Below, piece by piece: positions 20,956-30,943 of a DNA stretch of 64,000 bases; positions within the stretch are counted from its first letter, which is position 1; each line of letters starts with the position of its first letter. The notes under the pieces were generated by a model, which did no database searches, was not told where the DNA came from, and saw nothing but the letters and a program-made list of their open reading frames with translations. Where the stretch lies: the NCBI GenBank assembly GCA_963754915.1, contig CAVWHZ010000018.1:279827-343826 (forward strand). Direction: 5' to 3'. The stretch is from an uncultured delta proteobacterium (GTDB lineage: Bacteria > Myxococcota > Myxococcia > Myxococcales > Anaeromyxobacteraceae). The position numbers were made by a program, and so were the translations under genes.

Positions 20956-21552
20956 ATGGAGCAAGGATTCAAATACCCAGAGGTCCGTCGCGAGCGCTGG
21001 TGGAATACCCGCTGGTCGCCCCTCGCGAACTGGCTGGTCCTTTCGTACTGCGCGACGCTGCCGGCGTTCCACGCTCAGGCGGAAGATGTGCGCGGCGCCT
21101 ACCTCCTTCACGGCGACGCGCACGTCCAAGTCGCGCCCTTCTCCACGGGAGATTATTCGGGTGCGGTGAAGGCCACCATTGAGCGCGTCGGCGGGCCAAA
21201 GCGCATTTCCGTGCGCCTCGAGTCGCACGGGTACGCCTGCGTTCTCCGTGCCTCGTGCGCTGCCAGCGGTTCCATCGTGTTCTCCACGCCAGCCCGGTGC
21301 GCAGTCGAGATCAGCCAGCCGGATGCGCGAGGGAGCATTGAGGCTAGGCTGCGGTCGGGGCGGGGCACCCTCATGAACGGTGAACTCGCGCTCGATCTCA
21401 AGTTCGAAATTAGCGGCAATATCGCGGTCCGGGTCCCGGAGAGCACCTTCAGGCTGCTGGACGCCGAAATCACTGTGCCGGAGAGTTGGACCCCTGCCAT
21501 GGAAGTGAGGGGAGGCGTCGCCGCCCGTGGCCGCGGCACACGTCAGAGGTGA
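20956..21552 (+). CDS. Hypothetical secreted protein
   Basis: Possible signal LANWLVLSYCATLPAFHAQA; the rest of the 20254-21552 ORF upstream is Arg/Gly-rich and probably not coding. Confidence 0.3.
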   Translation: MEQGFKYPEVRRERWWNTRWSPLANWLVLSYCATLPAFHAQAEDVRGAYLLHGDAHVQVAPFSTGDYSGAVKATIERVGGPKRISVRLESHGYACVLRASCAASGSIVFSTPARCAVEISQPDARGSIEARLRSGRGTLMNGELALDLKFEISGNIAVRVPESTFRLLDAEITVPESWTPAMEVRGGVAARGRGTRQR

Positions 21553-21606
21553 TAACAATGTGGGAGACCGAGCGTGTCATCTGGTCAGCCTAGGAGCAAG
21601 TGCACC

Positions 21607-21993
21607 ATGAGTGTTAAAGTAGTCCGGCTTGGCAGCTCGCGCGGACCAAATGAGGGGCTGCGCATCGGGACGGTTCGCCGCCCGCCTAGGGGCGTGCCAA
21701 GGGCTCGGTTCGCTTCCGACGACTGGTACGACATTTGGCTCCCCTTGCTCGCTCCCTCCGCCTCGGTCGTGCGCCTAGCCAAGTCAGCGACCAGCGAGAG
21801 GGCCTGGGCGGATTTCATGCGCCGGTATCGTTCCGAGATGAGATCTCCGGAGGCGAGCCACGTCCTCGATCTACTAGCAGCGCTATCCCACCGCGTTGAT
21901 TTCTCCGTCGGCTGCTACTGCAGAGACGAGAATCGGTGTCACAGGTCGATATTGCGGAAGTTGCTTGTCGAACGGGGCGCGCAGGTACGCTGA
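21607..21993 (+). CDS. DUF488 (YeaO-like) family protein
   Basis: MSVKVVRLGSSRGPNEGLRIGTVRRPPRGVPRARFASDDWYDIWLPLLAPS...VGCYCRDENRCHRSILRKLL. Confidence 0.7.
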   Translation: MSVKVVRLGSSRGPNEGLRIGTVRRPPRGVPRARFASDDWYDIWLPLLAPSASVVRLAKSATSERAWADFMRRYRSEMRSPEASHVLDLLAALSHRVDFSVGCYCRDENRCHRSILRKLLVERGAQVR

Positions 21994-22159
21994 AGCGCGC
22001 AGCGCGACTAACCTCGTCGGTACCGAAGCTTCCGCACCCAGGCTAAGGCTCTGCCGCTCGCCTCATGGGAACGTGAGCGGCGCACGGCGCTGTCAATCTT
22101 CACTTGCAGGCCCGAAGAGGCCTTCTTCTTTCGCTGCGCCTACGATGGTCTTGCAGTTC

Positions 22160-23077
22160 TCAGATGGGCCCCACGGGCCCGATCAGATTCGCGTCCCAAC
22201 CGGACCGCTCTGCGGCCGCCCGGTACGTGGACTCGAAGAACGTCTGTAGGTCCTTGTCGGGGTTCCTCGATGTACGCAGATCGTCGTAGTCGAGGATGAA
22301 CTCACCCATGGCGGGGTTCCAGCGCGCGGGTGGCGGCCCAACCTCGGCGTGCTCAATCCCGGGTGGCTGAGGGAACGTAAACGAGTAGAAGGCCGGCTTC
22401 GGGTACGTCGCGTTTCCGCTCCACCACCCGACCTCTACTTGGACCGCGTCCATGGCGTTGCGCCGGATAAAGCCGGTGCCCTGGCCCGGCGAGGCGCGCC
22501 TGCCGTCGTACCGGACATCGCGCAGATCGAACGTGCCCCACATTAGGCCGATCGGCTGGGTCTTGCCCCGGAATTGCGCGTGGTATGTCTGCATCACCCG
22601 GTATACGGACACGAGAATACGCCACCAAGCATGGGCAAGTCCCCGGTCGTATGGGCGCCGCTTCTGGTCATCGGTGAAGGGAACGGGGTCGGGAATTTCC
22701 TGGGGCATCGGGTTTACCTGTGCTTCGACTCCGACTGCTCGGAGCATGCCGGTAATCTTGCCTGTAAGCTCGGCGACAGACATGGGGCCAAGCGGGAACC
22801 CGCCTGTCTGACCGGAGGTCGTCGCGCACCGGATCTCGTGCGTCAGGAGATCCACGTCCACGCTGAACGCCTCAGTACCGTTGGGGAGAAGGCCAGTCGT
22901 GAGCCCGCGGCTAGTGACCTCTAGGGCGACGTTGGCCCACTCAGGCTCGAAGGGCTTGAGGAGCGTCAGCTTGCCGATGGCCTGCACTCCCATGTGTAGG
23001 AGGCGAGATGTAGCGACGAACGAGTCGTACGGAAGGGCTGGCCAAGCCTCACTTGGGAGAGTCGCCATGAGAGTCAT
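22160..23077 (-). CDS. Conserved hypothetical protein (~305 aa; possibly the Ava_C0101-like/DUF5996 family)
   Basis: MTLMATLPSEAWPALPYDSFVATSRLLHMGVQ...HAWWRILVSVYRVMQTYHAQFRGKTQPIGLMWGTFDLRDVRYDGR...; family assignment is from memory only. Confidence 0.45.
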   Translation of the reverse strand: MTLMATLPSEAWPALPYDSFVATSRLLHMGVQAIGKLTLLKPFEPEWANVALEVTSRGLTTGLLPNGTEAFSVDVDLLTHEIRCATTSGQTGGFPLGPMSVAELTGKITGMLRAVGVEAQVNPMPQEIPDPVPFTDDQKRRPYDRGLAHAWWRILVSVYRVMQTYHAQFRGKTQPIGLMWGTFDLRDVRYDGRRASPGQGTGFIRRNAMDAVQVEVGWWSGNATYPKPAFYSFTFPQPPGIEHAEVGPPPARWNPAMGEFILDYDDLRTSRNPDKDLQTFFESTYRAAAERSGWDANLIGPVGPI

Positions 23078-23946
23078 GCCTCGAGTGGTCGTCAACTGCT
23101 GCGCGCATACCCAGCGTGTCCCTAGATGGCCCGATCTAGAAGGGGCGAAAGCGTCCGTTTGCAGAATGCCCAACCTTCCTTGCACCCATCATCCTCGAGG
23201 TCGCGAAGCCCATCGGCGCGGCGCTGTGGTCCTCCTAATCCTCCTGCTTCGTCGAGGGCGTCACGCAGGTTCTCTCGATCGGGGGGGGCGGGAGGGACGA
23301 GAAGAATTCTTGAACAGCAGCGCGCTGTCGCGCGGCTGAGTTCCCGGGCGGCGCCTGGCCTGGGCCGAGGTCTACTGAAGAAGATGCGCCTCCGATGGGC
23401 GACCGCCGCCTTCGGCTCATCGGGGCGACGATTCGCGCCCATCCCGCGCATCGCGCGTCTGCCGTTCAGCGTCCGCAGAGGGCGACAGGGGGTCTTTGGA
23501 CTGACAGTCGACCTAGCCCGCAACGGAGAAGCCAACTGTGGGCGAGAGCCGAGGTTGCCCCTATGCAAACGAGTTGCTAGCGAAGCCGCTTGCGCACTCG
23601 GCGCCCTCGCGAGGCTAGCGGATCGATGCTCGGCCTTTACCGGCGGGATCCGGGGAACGTCGCCGGCCGAGCATGGCCGCGCCACTGCCTCGCGCTCCCC
23701 GGACGCTTTGCCGTGTACGACCTCGCCCGAGACTTCCGCGCTGCCGCCTTCGTATTGGCGGCCGACATTGCCCGTGTCGTTGCCACTGACGGCCGGGAGT
23801 GGTGTTGGCTGCTAGATACCGCGCTTACCCCCGAGAAGGCTTGCTGGGGGAGAAGTCGACGTGCCAGCGGGGTTCCCGCAGAGCGCGGAGCGGTGTCGTC
23901 AACGCCCCGGAAGGTAGCAGCGGCCCTGGCGGCGTGGCCGCATTGT

Positions 23947-25150
23947 CTCTAAACGGCCGATCGTGATTCCCGAACGGGGGTCACGGTTCTGAGTGAAGGG
24001 TTGAGCTTCTCACGACGGTTGTAGGCACGCATGAAGGCGATGACGTGGACCATCAGTTCCTCAATCGACTTGCACCGGTGATTGCGTGTGACGTTGGCGT
24101 GCAGGTCGAGCCAGACGCGCTCGATACGATTGTCATCGGGGCAGTAGGGCGGCAGGAAGTGGAGCACGATCTTGCCACCGAACTGCGCAAGGAAGCGCTG
24201 TGTCTTCTTGCTCGAGTGGATGATGTAGTTATCGACGATAAGATGGATCCGCGTTGCCGTCCGGTACTCGGTGACCAGCTTCCAGACCAGCTTGCAGAAG
24301 AGGTCGCTCGCCTTGCTCGAAGCGTCCACCCAGGTGAGCTTCCTCGTCTTGGCGTTCAGCGCACCGGCGACGAAGCGCTTTCTGTTCTGGCCGGGCGTGA
24401 CGACATAGCGCCTGTGGCCGGGGAGCATCCAATCGCGGCCGATCTTGGGGTTGAGGTGGACGTCCATCTCGTCCTCGTAGAGGACCGGCTCGCTGGCCGT
24501 TGCGTTCCTGGCAAGGCGGCGAAGGCCCGCGAGCTTCCGCTTCCTACGCTCGGCATTCCAAGGGCACAGGACGGTCGGCTTGGGCGAGCCGAGCCGGGCG
24601 CCGATGGCGCAAAGCGCGCGGCCCATCGTGCAGACGGCCACTCTCGGGAAGCCCCGCCGCTCCAGCTCGAGGCAGAGCAACTCCCGGGTCCACGTCGGCC
24701 GCTGCCAACCGAACTCGGTAGGAACGCCGATAAGCACCTGGCGGAGTTCAGCCAGAAACCGTTCGTCGGCCTTCGTCTCCCCGTTGCCCGAACGCTGGTC
24801 GAGAAGACCGTCCTCGCCAAGCTCCTGGTACCGCTTGGCGGCACTCACCACGGTCGAAGCGGCGCACTGCAGGTCGCGGGCGACCTGCTTTCTGGAGAGT
24901 CCCTGGTGGAGCTTGAGGATCATGAGGATGCGGAAGGCGGTCTGCCGGTCCTTGGTCTTTCGGAGCAGTTTCCAAAGCCGGCGTCGCACTGGGCGATCGA
25001 GCCGGAGTATGTTGTCCACGGGAAGGTCTTCTCCATTGTCGATAGTGGTTGTCTCGCAACTCCCACCATCGATGGGCTGACCTTCCCTTTCAACTTTCTC
25101 CTCACCCCGACCGGGTCACCCGATCGGGAATTGCGAACTGTGGTTTAGAG
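23947..25150 (-). mobile_element. Second IS630-family insertion sequence, distinct from the first (1204 bp), with ~38-bp imperfect inverted repeats
   Basis: Left end CTCTAAACGGCCGATCGTGATTCCCGAACGGGGGTCAC (23947-). The reverse complement of the right end is CTCTAAACCACAGTTCGCAATTCCCGATCGGGTGACCC (-25150). Confidence 0.75.
23949..25019 (-). CDS. IS630-family transposase, single ORF, 356 aa
   Basis: N-terminal HTH (ILMILKLHQGLSRKQVARDL); catalytic region ...IHLIVDNYIIHSSKK...LHFLPPYCPDDNRIERVW. Confidence 0.8.
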   Translation of the reverse strand: MDNILRLDRPVRRRLWKLLRKTKDRQTAFRILMILKLHQGLSRKQVARDLQCAASTVVSAAKRYQELGEDGLLDQRSGNGETKADERFLAELRQVLIGVPTEFGWQRPTWTRELLCLELERRGFPRVAVCTMGRALCAIGARLGSPKPTVLCPWNAERRKRKLAGLRRLARNATASEPVLYEDEMDVHLNPKIGRDWMLPGHRRYVVTPGQNRKRFVAGALNAKTRKLTWVDASSKASDLFCKLVWKLVTEYRTATRIHLIVDNYIIHSSKKTQRFLAQFGGKIVLHFLPPYCPDDNRIERVWLDLHANVTRNHRCKSIEELMVHVIAFMRAYNRREKLNPSLRTVTPVRESRSAV

Positions 25151-26460
25151 CTAGACAGAATGGTTGGACCCGCTGTCACACGAGCGTGGGTTACTGCCGT
25201 CGAGGGTCAACCCAACGGCTGCAGAGCCACAGTGGGAGGCAGGTCCAACCATGGAAAGCGTACGATTCGTCGGTCTGGATGTCCACGCGGATAGCATCGC
25301 CATCGCGGTCGCGGAGCCCGGACGGGGAGAGCCGAGCGAACTGGCAACGATTCCCAACGACACGGTGATGCTCCTGAAGCGGCTGAGAAAGCTTGGTCGG
25401 GTGAGGTGCTGCTACGAGGCCGGACCGACCGGGTTTGTGCTCCAGCGCGACCTGACGGCAGCTGGCATCGATTGCATCGTGGTGGCGCCATCGCTCGTGC
25501 CCATGAAGGCGGGCGACCGGGTGAAGACGGATCGGCGCGATGCGGTGAAGCTCGCTCGATTCCTCAGGTCCGGGGACCTCACCGAGGTCCACGTCCCCGA
25601 CAAGGCAACCGAGGCGATGCGGGATCTCGAGCGGGCCCGCGACGCAGCCAAGCGGGCGGAGCGAACGGCGCGGCACCAACTCGGCAAGTTCCTCCTTCGC
25701 CACGGCAAGCGCTACGCAGGCAAGACAGCCTGGACGCGCAAGCACCTCGACTGGATCCGCACACAGCGCTTTGAGCATGAGGCGCAGCAACGCGTCCTGG
25801 AGGACTACCTGAAGGCGGTCGAGGATCTCGGCGAGCGGGTGAACCGGCACACGCGGAGCATCGTGGAGTTGGTCGAGGGCTGGAGCCTCAAGCCGCTCGT
25901 CAAGGCGCTGCAGGCGTTACGCGGCGTGAACATCATCGCCGCGACAGTCCTCGCAGCGGAGCTGGGCGATCTCGCGCGATTCCAGACCGCACCGGAGCTC
26001 ATGGGCTACCTCGGCCTGGTGCCCTCGGAGCACTCCAGCGGAGAGACGCGCCACCAGGGGCGGATCACTCGCGCTGGCAACGGCTACGCGAGGCGCATCC
26101 TCGTCGAGGCAGCCTGGGCCTACCGCTTCCGAGCGCATAAGAGCAGAGCCATCCGGGCGCGAAGCCGTGGGGTGTCGGAGGAGGTGCAACGCATCGCCTG
26201 GCGGGCGCAGGAGCGTCTCTGCGCCCGGTACCGGAAGCTGACGGCGCGAGGCAAGAACAAGAACCGGACTGTCATCGCCATCGCCCGGGAGCTTGCCGGC
26301 TTCGTCTGGGCCATCGGCCGCCAACCACAACTGCTCGAAGCTTGAAAGGAGGAGTGCTCGGACGGCGAGGGCGGCGGGCGACCTGGCCCGGCCAAAGGGG
26401 AACCCTCGTGCAAACTATGGGTACGGCTCCTTGGAGCCCGACGCCCGCGCCTAGACAGAG
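25151..26460 (+). mobile_element. IS110-family element (approximate ends) directly abutting the right end of the IS630 element. CTAGACAGA occurs at both junctions.
   Basis: Transposase starts 100 bp after 25150; 9-mer CTAGACAGA at 25151-25159 and 26447-26455. Confidence 0.5.
25251..26345 (+). CDS. IS110-family transposase (DEDD N-terminal domain plus Transposase_20 C-terminal domain)
   Basis: MESVRFVGLDVHADSIAIAV...CYEAGPTGF...; C-terminus GLVPSEHSSGETRHQGRITRAGNGYARRILVEAAWA. Confidence 0.8.
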   Translation: MESVRFVGLDVHADSIAIAVAEPGRGEPSELATIPNDTVMLLKRLRKLGRVRCCYEAGPTGFVLQRDLTAAGIDCIVVAPSLVPMKAGDRVKTDRRDAVKLARFLRSGDLTEVHVPDKATEAMRDLERARDAAKRAERTARHQLGKFLLRHGKRYAGKTAWTRKHLDWIRTQRFEHEAQQRVLEDYLKAVEDLGERVNRHTRSIVELVEGWSLKPLVKALQALRGVNIIAATVLAAELGDLARFQTAPELMGYLGLVPSEHSSGETRHQGRITRAGNGYARRILVEAAWAYRFRAHKSRAIRARSRGVSEEVQRIAWRAQERLCARYRKLTARGKNKNRTVIAIARELAGFVWAIGRQPQLLEA

Positions 26461-26637
26461 GAAGCCCCCGACGGACTCAGGTCATGCGGTAACCAACCCG
26501 CGAATATCAGTCTGATCCGCCGTCGCTCCTTGCTCCAGGACGCCCGCCGCCTTGGCCGCCCGAGCACAGAAACAAAGAGACCGACCCCGCGAACGGAGCC
26601 GGCCGTTTGACGGGTTCAACCATATCAGTTTGATCCT

Positions 26638-27036
26638 ATGCCGCCCCAACGTAAGAACCCATGGTCCGTCCCAGCTGATTTGCCCAGGAAACGGATTCTC
26701 GTCGTCGAGGACCACAAGGACATGCGGGAGGCGCTTGCGGAGGTCCTCGCGCTCCATGGGTACCAGGTCTTGGCAGTTCGGTTGCAGACGGCGAGAAGGC
26801 GTAAGGCGCTCCGTGAGGCGCGGCTGATGCGTCCTGACATCATCCTGCTAGACCTGATGATGCCAGTCATGAACGGTCTGCAATTCCGTGCCGAACAGTT
26901 GAGAGATCCTGGTCTTGCGACCGTCCCGGTCATCATCATGTCGGCCTTCGATATCGAAATCACAGCGGCCGCCCGCCTTCCCAAACCGTTCCAGATGGAC
27001 GACATGCTTGAGGTAGTGCGCCGTCTTGCCGCCTGA
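26638..27036 (+). CDS. Stand-alone receiver-domain response regulator (CheY-like); the residues around the acid pocket are partly degenerate
   Basis: ILVVEDHKDMREAL...DIILLDLMMPVMNG...PVIIMSAF...KP; paralog of the next gene. Confidence 0.6.
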   Translation: MPPQRKNPWSVPADLPRKRILVVEDHKDMREALAEVLALHGYQVLAVRLQTARRRKALREARLMRPDIILLDLMMPVMNGLQFRAEQLRDPGLATVPVIIMSAFDIEITAAARLPKPFQMDDMLEVVRRLAA

Positions 27037-27183
27037 CGGCAGACTGAAATTCGCTATGCCCCGCCAAGTTTCCGCCATGGCGGACGCCCCAGGTGGATGA
27101 ATTGAGGAAAGGGACGTGTCGCTGCCAGTCCGGAAGGTTGCTGCGAGAGAACGGCCGCGGCAAGATCGTCTAGGAGGCCTCCG

Positions 27184-27570
27184 ATGGCGCCCCAGCACGA
27201 GAACCCATGGCCGGCGCCGCCCGCTGCGCTTGGAAAAAACGTCCTCGTCGTCGAGGACGACCGGGACCTCCGCGAGCTCCTCGTCGAGCTGCTCGAGAGC
27301 GAGGGCTATCAGGCCTCCTCTGCGGAGAACGGCGAGCAGGGCCTCGTGAAGGCAAGAGTCCGCCGCCCCGACATCATCCTGCTCGACCTGATGATGCCGG
27401 TCATGAATGGCTGGCAGTTTCGTGAAGAACAGTTGAAGGAGCCGTCCATCACTGACGTGCCTGTGGTGGTGATCTCGGCCCTCGAAAGCGACCTCACGGC
27501 GACGGCCTATCTCCGGAAGCCAGTCCAGCTCGAAGACGTCCTCGCTGCGGTCCATCAGCACGCCGCCTGA
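27184..27570 (+). CDS. Stand-alone receiver-domain response regulator (CheY-like)
   Basis: RBS AGGAGG; VLVVEDDRDLRELL...DIILLDLMMPVMNG...PVVVISAL...KP. Confidence 0.7.
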   Translation: MAPQHENPWPAPPAALGKNVLVVEDDRDLRELLVELLESEGYQASSAENGEQGLVKARVRRPDIILLDLMMPVMNGWQFREEQLKEPSITDVPVVVISALESDLTATAYLRKPVQLEDVLAAVHQHAA

Positions 27571-27994
27571 GGGACCCGCAGGGGCCGTCGGGGGCCGGTG
27601 CTGCCGCGGAGCAAGTGCCGGACGAGCGCCGCGTCGTTGGTCTGGATGTGGAAGGCGAGCCATTCCGGAATTCGGATTACTGTCCACTCGTCCACCGCAG
27701 CACTCAACCCACTGTCGGCAAGCTCTCTCGCGAGCGCGCCACGGTCGCGAACGAACAGTTTGTGGGCGTTCTTGTGGGCCGCGCGATCAGGATATTGAGA
27801 ACGCTCCGTGAGCTCTTCTTCGGCGGCGCAATGACGAACAGCGCCCTCGATGAACTCGTCGAGCACCGCGGAGGCGCCCGCACCGTCCCGCGCCTCAGGC
27901 CGCGAGCTCCCCCAAGCGCCGCATCAGGTCGGCGTGCTGCGTGTCGATCTCTTCCCATCCCGGTCGGCGCGTGCTGGCCTACTCGCATGGCCAT
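27555..27994 (-). pseudogene. Hemerythrin-like gene with a frameshift in a G5 run (~27897-27923), and possibly a second shift near the start
   Basis: Upstream frame ...GWEEIDTQHADLMRRLGELAA then TGA. Next frame ...ARDGAGASAVLDEFIEGAVRHCAAEEELTERSQYPDRAAHKNAHKLF...EWLAFHIQTNDAAL. Together these give the full hemerythrin motif set (IDxQH ... HFxxEE ... H...H ... HIxxxD). Confidence 0.5.
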
Positions 27995-28285
27995 CTTGCT
28001 TTCAATCGTAGCAAGTGGCGCGGTCGGCTGGCAGCGTGACGACCCGCGTTGATCGAGATCACGCTACGGTCCGATGTCCTGGACGAACAGAGGAGGATGG
28101 CAAGCGGCACGAGGCGCGCGACGCTCAGGCGGGTAGTCACCCTCCCTACGTTGGTTCCCAACTGGCTCCGGCGAACGGACTCCTCGCTTGATGTGGCACA
28201 GCACCGAATCCGTTTCTTGCCACCTGCCCGCCCTACTTTCCCGATAGGCGTTACCCGCTATTCTTAGGGAGAGGAAGGCGGGACA

Positions 28286-28939
28286 GTGCAACACGAGCGA
28301 GGTTCTCAGTTGGCGAGTCGTCCCTCCGCTGTCATCGATCCCGCTAGGACGATCGTGCCTGCCGATAGAGCCGACCTCCGGTCGCGCATTGCGGCCGCGA
28401 CGCCTCAGGACACGGTCCGCGGCCTCGTGTTCAATGGTGTCTTCTCCGTGGTTAGGGAGCACTTAGGAGAGGAGAACACGCGCGCCACGGATCCGCTCGC
28501 CAAGGGCTCCCGAACAGGGTTCCTGTCCTATCCCGTCGTCGACTTGCTGACGATTGCATGGAACGCCGCCGACGAACTCCAGCGTGTGCTCGGGGGCGTC
28601 GACGCCGCGTTCTACGAGATGGGGCGGCACATCGCGCGGACCGTCTTCAGGTCGCTGTGGGGCCGTACTCTTCTAAGCCTTGCGGGCGGGACCGTGGGGG
28701 GATTGCTAGAGCAGGTAGGAAGCGGCTACCGAGGCGCCGCAAGCTATGGCGAGCGCTCAGTCACCTGGATCGGGCCGCGCCACTGCTTGCTCACCTTCAA
28801 GCGCGACTTCTTCCTCCCGCCCTATCACTGCGGCATTCTCGCGACGGCGATCGAGATCCAGGGCGCGAGAGGGGTGCGAGTGAATGGGCGCGGGATCAGC
28901 CTCCTCGATAGCGAGTACGAGGCCACTTGGGACCGATAA
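28286..28939 (+). CDS. Hypothetical protein, possibly a member of the myxobacterial TIGR02265/DUF2378 paralogous family
   Basis: GTG start with RBS GGGAGAGGAAGG; pattern ...LRSRIAAATPQDTVRGLVFNGVF... shared with the next gene. Confidence 0.4.
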   Translation: MQHERGSQLASRPSAVIDPARTIVPADRADLRSRIAAATPQDTVRGLVFNGVFSVVREHLGEENTRATDPLAKGSRTGFLSYPVVDLLTIAWNAADELQRVLGGVDAAFYEMGRHIARTVFRSLWGRTLLSLAGGTVGGLLEQVGSGYRGAASYGERSVTWIGPRHCLLTFKRDFFLPPYHCGILATAIEIQGARGVRVNGRGISLLDSEYEATWDR

Positions 28940-29033
28940 CCCCTTCCTTTCCTCTCCCTTTGACCGGTACCAGGAGCGTCATGGCTCCGGCGGCCAGCAA
29001 GGTAAGAACGGCGTGAAGGAATACGGAGCGAGC

Positions 29034-29609
29034 ATGGCGAGCGTCCGAGGGACACAGATCAAGCAAAGTGTCGCCGCCCTCGCGTGGCTCGGGCCGGAGG
29101 CGCGCGCTGAGGTCCTGCGCAGAGTCTCGCCGGACACCTTGAACCGGATCCAAGACGCGGTTCAGGTCCAGTGGCTACCCTATGCTCTGCCGGCGGAACT
29201 CTGCCGCTGCGTCCGGGAGGTGTCTGGGGAGGAGGCGGTTCGGGGCTGGAGCAGGGCGTCGGTGAGCGGCGCCCTGAAGGGTTCACTCTACGGTCCCTTT
29301 GTGAGCGGCGTAATCACCGTCTTTGGGCTCAGCCCGACAGCAGCGTGGAAGGTCCTTCCCAAGGCCTACCTGGCAGCTTTCAGGGATTGCGGCGAACTCC
29401 AGGTAACGAACTCAGGTCCCGGCCGGGCCCTGATGGTTCTCGCCTCCCTCCCTTCCGAGGCCAGGGACCGCGACTGGCTGGTGTCGGTCGCCGGTGGCTT
29501 CGAGGCGATCTTCGACATGTGCCGGGTCGAGGGGCGGGTCGAGCTCGAGTTCAACGACCTGCACGCCGACCCGCGCTTCCACGCGGCATGGAACAGCAGC
29601 TCCTCCTGA
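29034..29609 (+). CDS. Hypothetical protein, paralog of 28286-28939 (TIGR02265/DUF2378-like)
   Basis: RBS GGAG; MASVRGTQIKQSVAALAWLGPEARAEVLRRVSPDTLNRIQDAV...; similar length and C-terminal G...G..RVEL pattern. Confidence 0.4.
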   Translation: MASVRGTQIKQSVAALAWLGPEARAEVLRRVSPDTLNRIQDAVQVQWLPYALPAELCRCVREVSGEEAVRGWSRASVSGALKGSLYGPFVSGVITVFGLSPTAAWKVLPKAYLAAFRDCGELQVTNSGPGRALMVLASLPSEARDRDWLVSVAGGFEAIFDMCRVEGRVELEFNDLHADPRFHAAWNSSSS

Positions 29610-30116
29610 CGAATGGAGGGCCTGCGGGGGGCGAGCCGTCTAGGGCGGTGCCTTGCTTTGGGAGCCAGTAGCGTCTCGCGAATCGCATGACCCGCGCAGC
29701 GGGCTGTGGGTCAGTTCGGCGGGGGAGCCCCATTGCGCCGACGTTGCTTCCGCAAGAGTCGAAAGCTTCCCGGGAGCGCTAGTCGCCCCGCAGGGGCGGT
29801 CGTCATCAAGGACAGGAACCGCCTTGCCTCCGAGTTTGAGAAGCGAACAAGCCACGGCCGCTCACGCCGAGTTACCACTCCGGACCCGCCAATCGCGTCC
29901 ACGCGCTCAATTTAGGGCCGCAACGGGCGGTAACCGCCCTGAGGCGCAACCTCGCCTTAGCCCTGCGCATCGGGTGCACTGTAGGAACGTTTTACTTGCA
30001 GCGGGGCCGACCCAAATAGGACGAAACCATTTGTGGAGAGAGAGCCCGCTGGAATCTAGACCCCTATTGTCGTGTTCCGGAGTTAGCAGTACGGGAGAGG
30101 GCGAAGGGTTGCAGTC

Positions 30117-30320
30117 ATGACGCTGGCTGAGAAGTTCTCGCACAACCTGAAGCACGAGCGTGAACGGCGGAAGCTGTCGCAGTTCGCGTTGAGCAAGCGC
30201 GCTGGCATGTCTACGAGCTACGTGTCGATGCTCGAGCGCAACCAGCGGACGCCGCCGCTCGCGACGCTGACAAGGCTCGCCAAGGCACTGAAGGTCAACC
30301 CGACCTCCTTGTTGCAGTGA
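30117..30320 (+). CDS. XRE-family (Cro/C1-type) helix-turn-helix transcriptional regulator, 67 aa
   Basis: LKHERERRKLSQFALSKRAGMSTSYVSMLERNQRTPPLATLTRLAKALKV. Confidence 0.7.
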   Translation: MTLAEKFSHNLKHERERRKLSQFALSKRAGMSTSYVSMLERNQRTPPLATLTRLAKALKVNPTSLLQ

Positions 30321-30943
30321 CGGCACGGGCGGGACGCTGCAACGAACGTCACGCCCGTCTGGGCACTGAAGCGGGGTTCGGGGCAGTTTGGACACAGCCG
30401 CCGAGGGGTTCGCCGGCCCCGGCCGAGGGGCGCCGCGAATGTCGGGAGCGATGGCGCCCGCAGGCATGGTTTTCGGTGCGACCCAACTGAGCCGCAACCG
30501 TCGCGAGAACCGCGGCAGAAGCAGCGAGAGCCATCTCTCGCGAATGACCCGTGGACAGGGCGGCCGCGCTGGGGTCGGGTGGCGACGGCGCCCCTCTCGC
30601 CTGCGTTGCCTGCCAGCCAGTGCGCGGCAAACGTGGGCCCAAGGGCCACTACGTGCCGACGGCTAGACGAGAAGTCGCCTCGTCTTGACCCCGTTTCGCC
30701 CGGACCGCGTCAACGCCTACCGGAAGCAGCTGCTTAAGACGGCAGTAGTGCGAAGCCTCGGCATCTGGCCCACGCATCCGGCCAAAGGCGATGCGCGCAT
30801 CCGGGGCCGGGGCGGCCTGGCGGTGCACGTCCTTGCTGGTGGTGCGTTCGCTTTCGGTATGGCAGGTTACGTCCGTGGCTCCTTCCAGCCAGACTGTAGG
30901 TGCGGTTAGCCTTGCCCTGTGAGCAGAACATCAAGGATGACTC

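Noticed and set aside
23126-23815. 229-aa + ORF and 187-aa - ORF in the 23.1-23.9 kb gap, which includes a G8 run at 23281
   Set aside because: Arg/Ser/Pro-rich low-complexity translations with no start context; probably non-coding, possibly IS-flank debris.
24045-25148. 367-aa ORF on the + strand
   Set aside because: Antisense to the IS630-family transposase; no domain signal.
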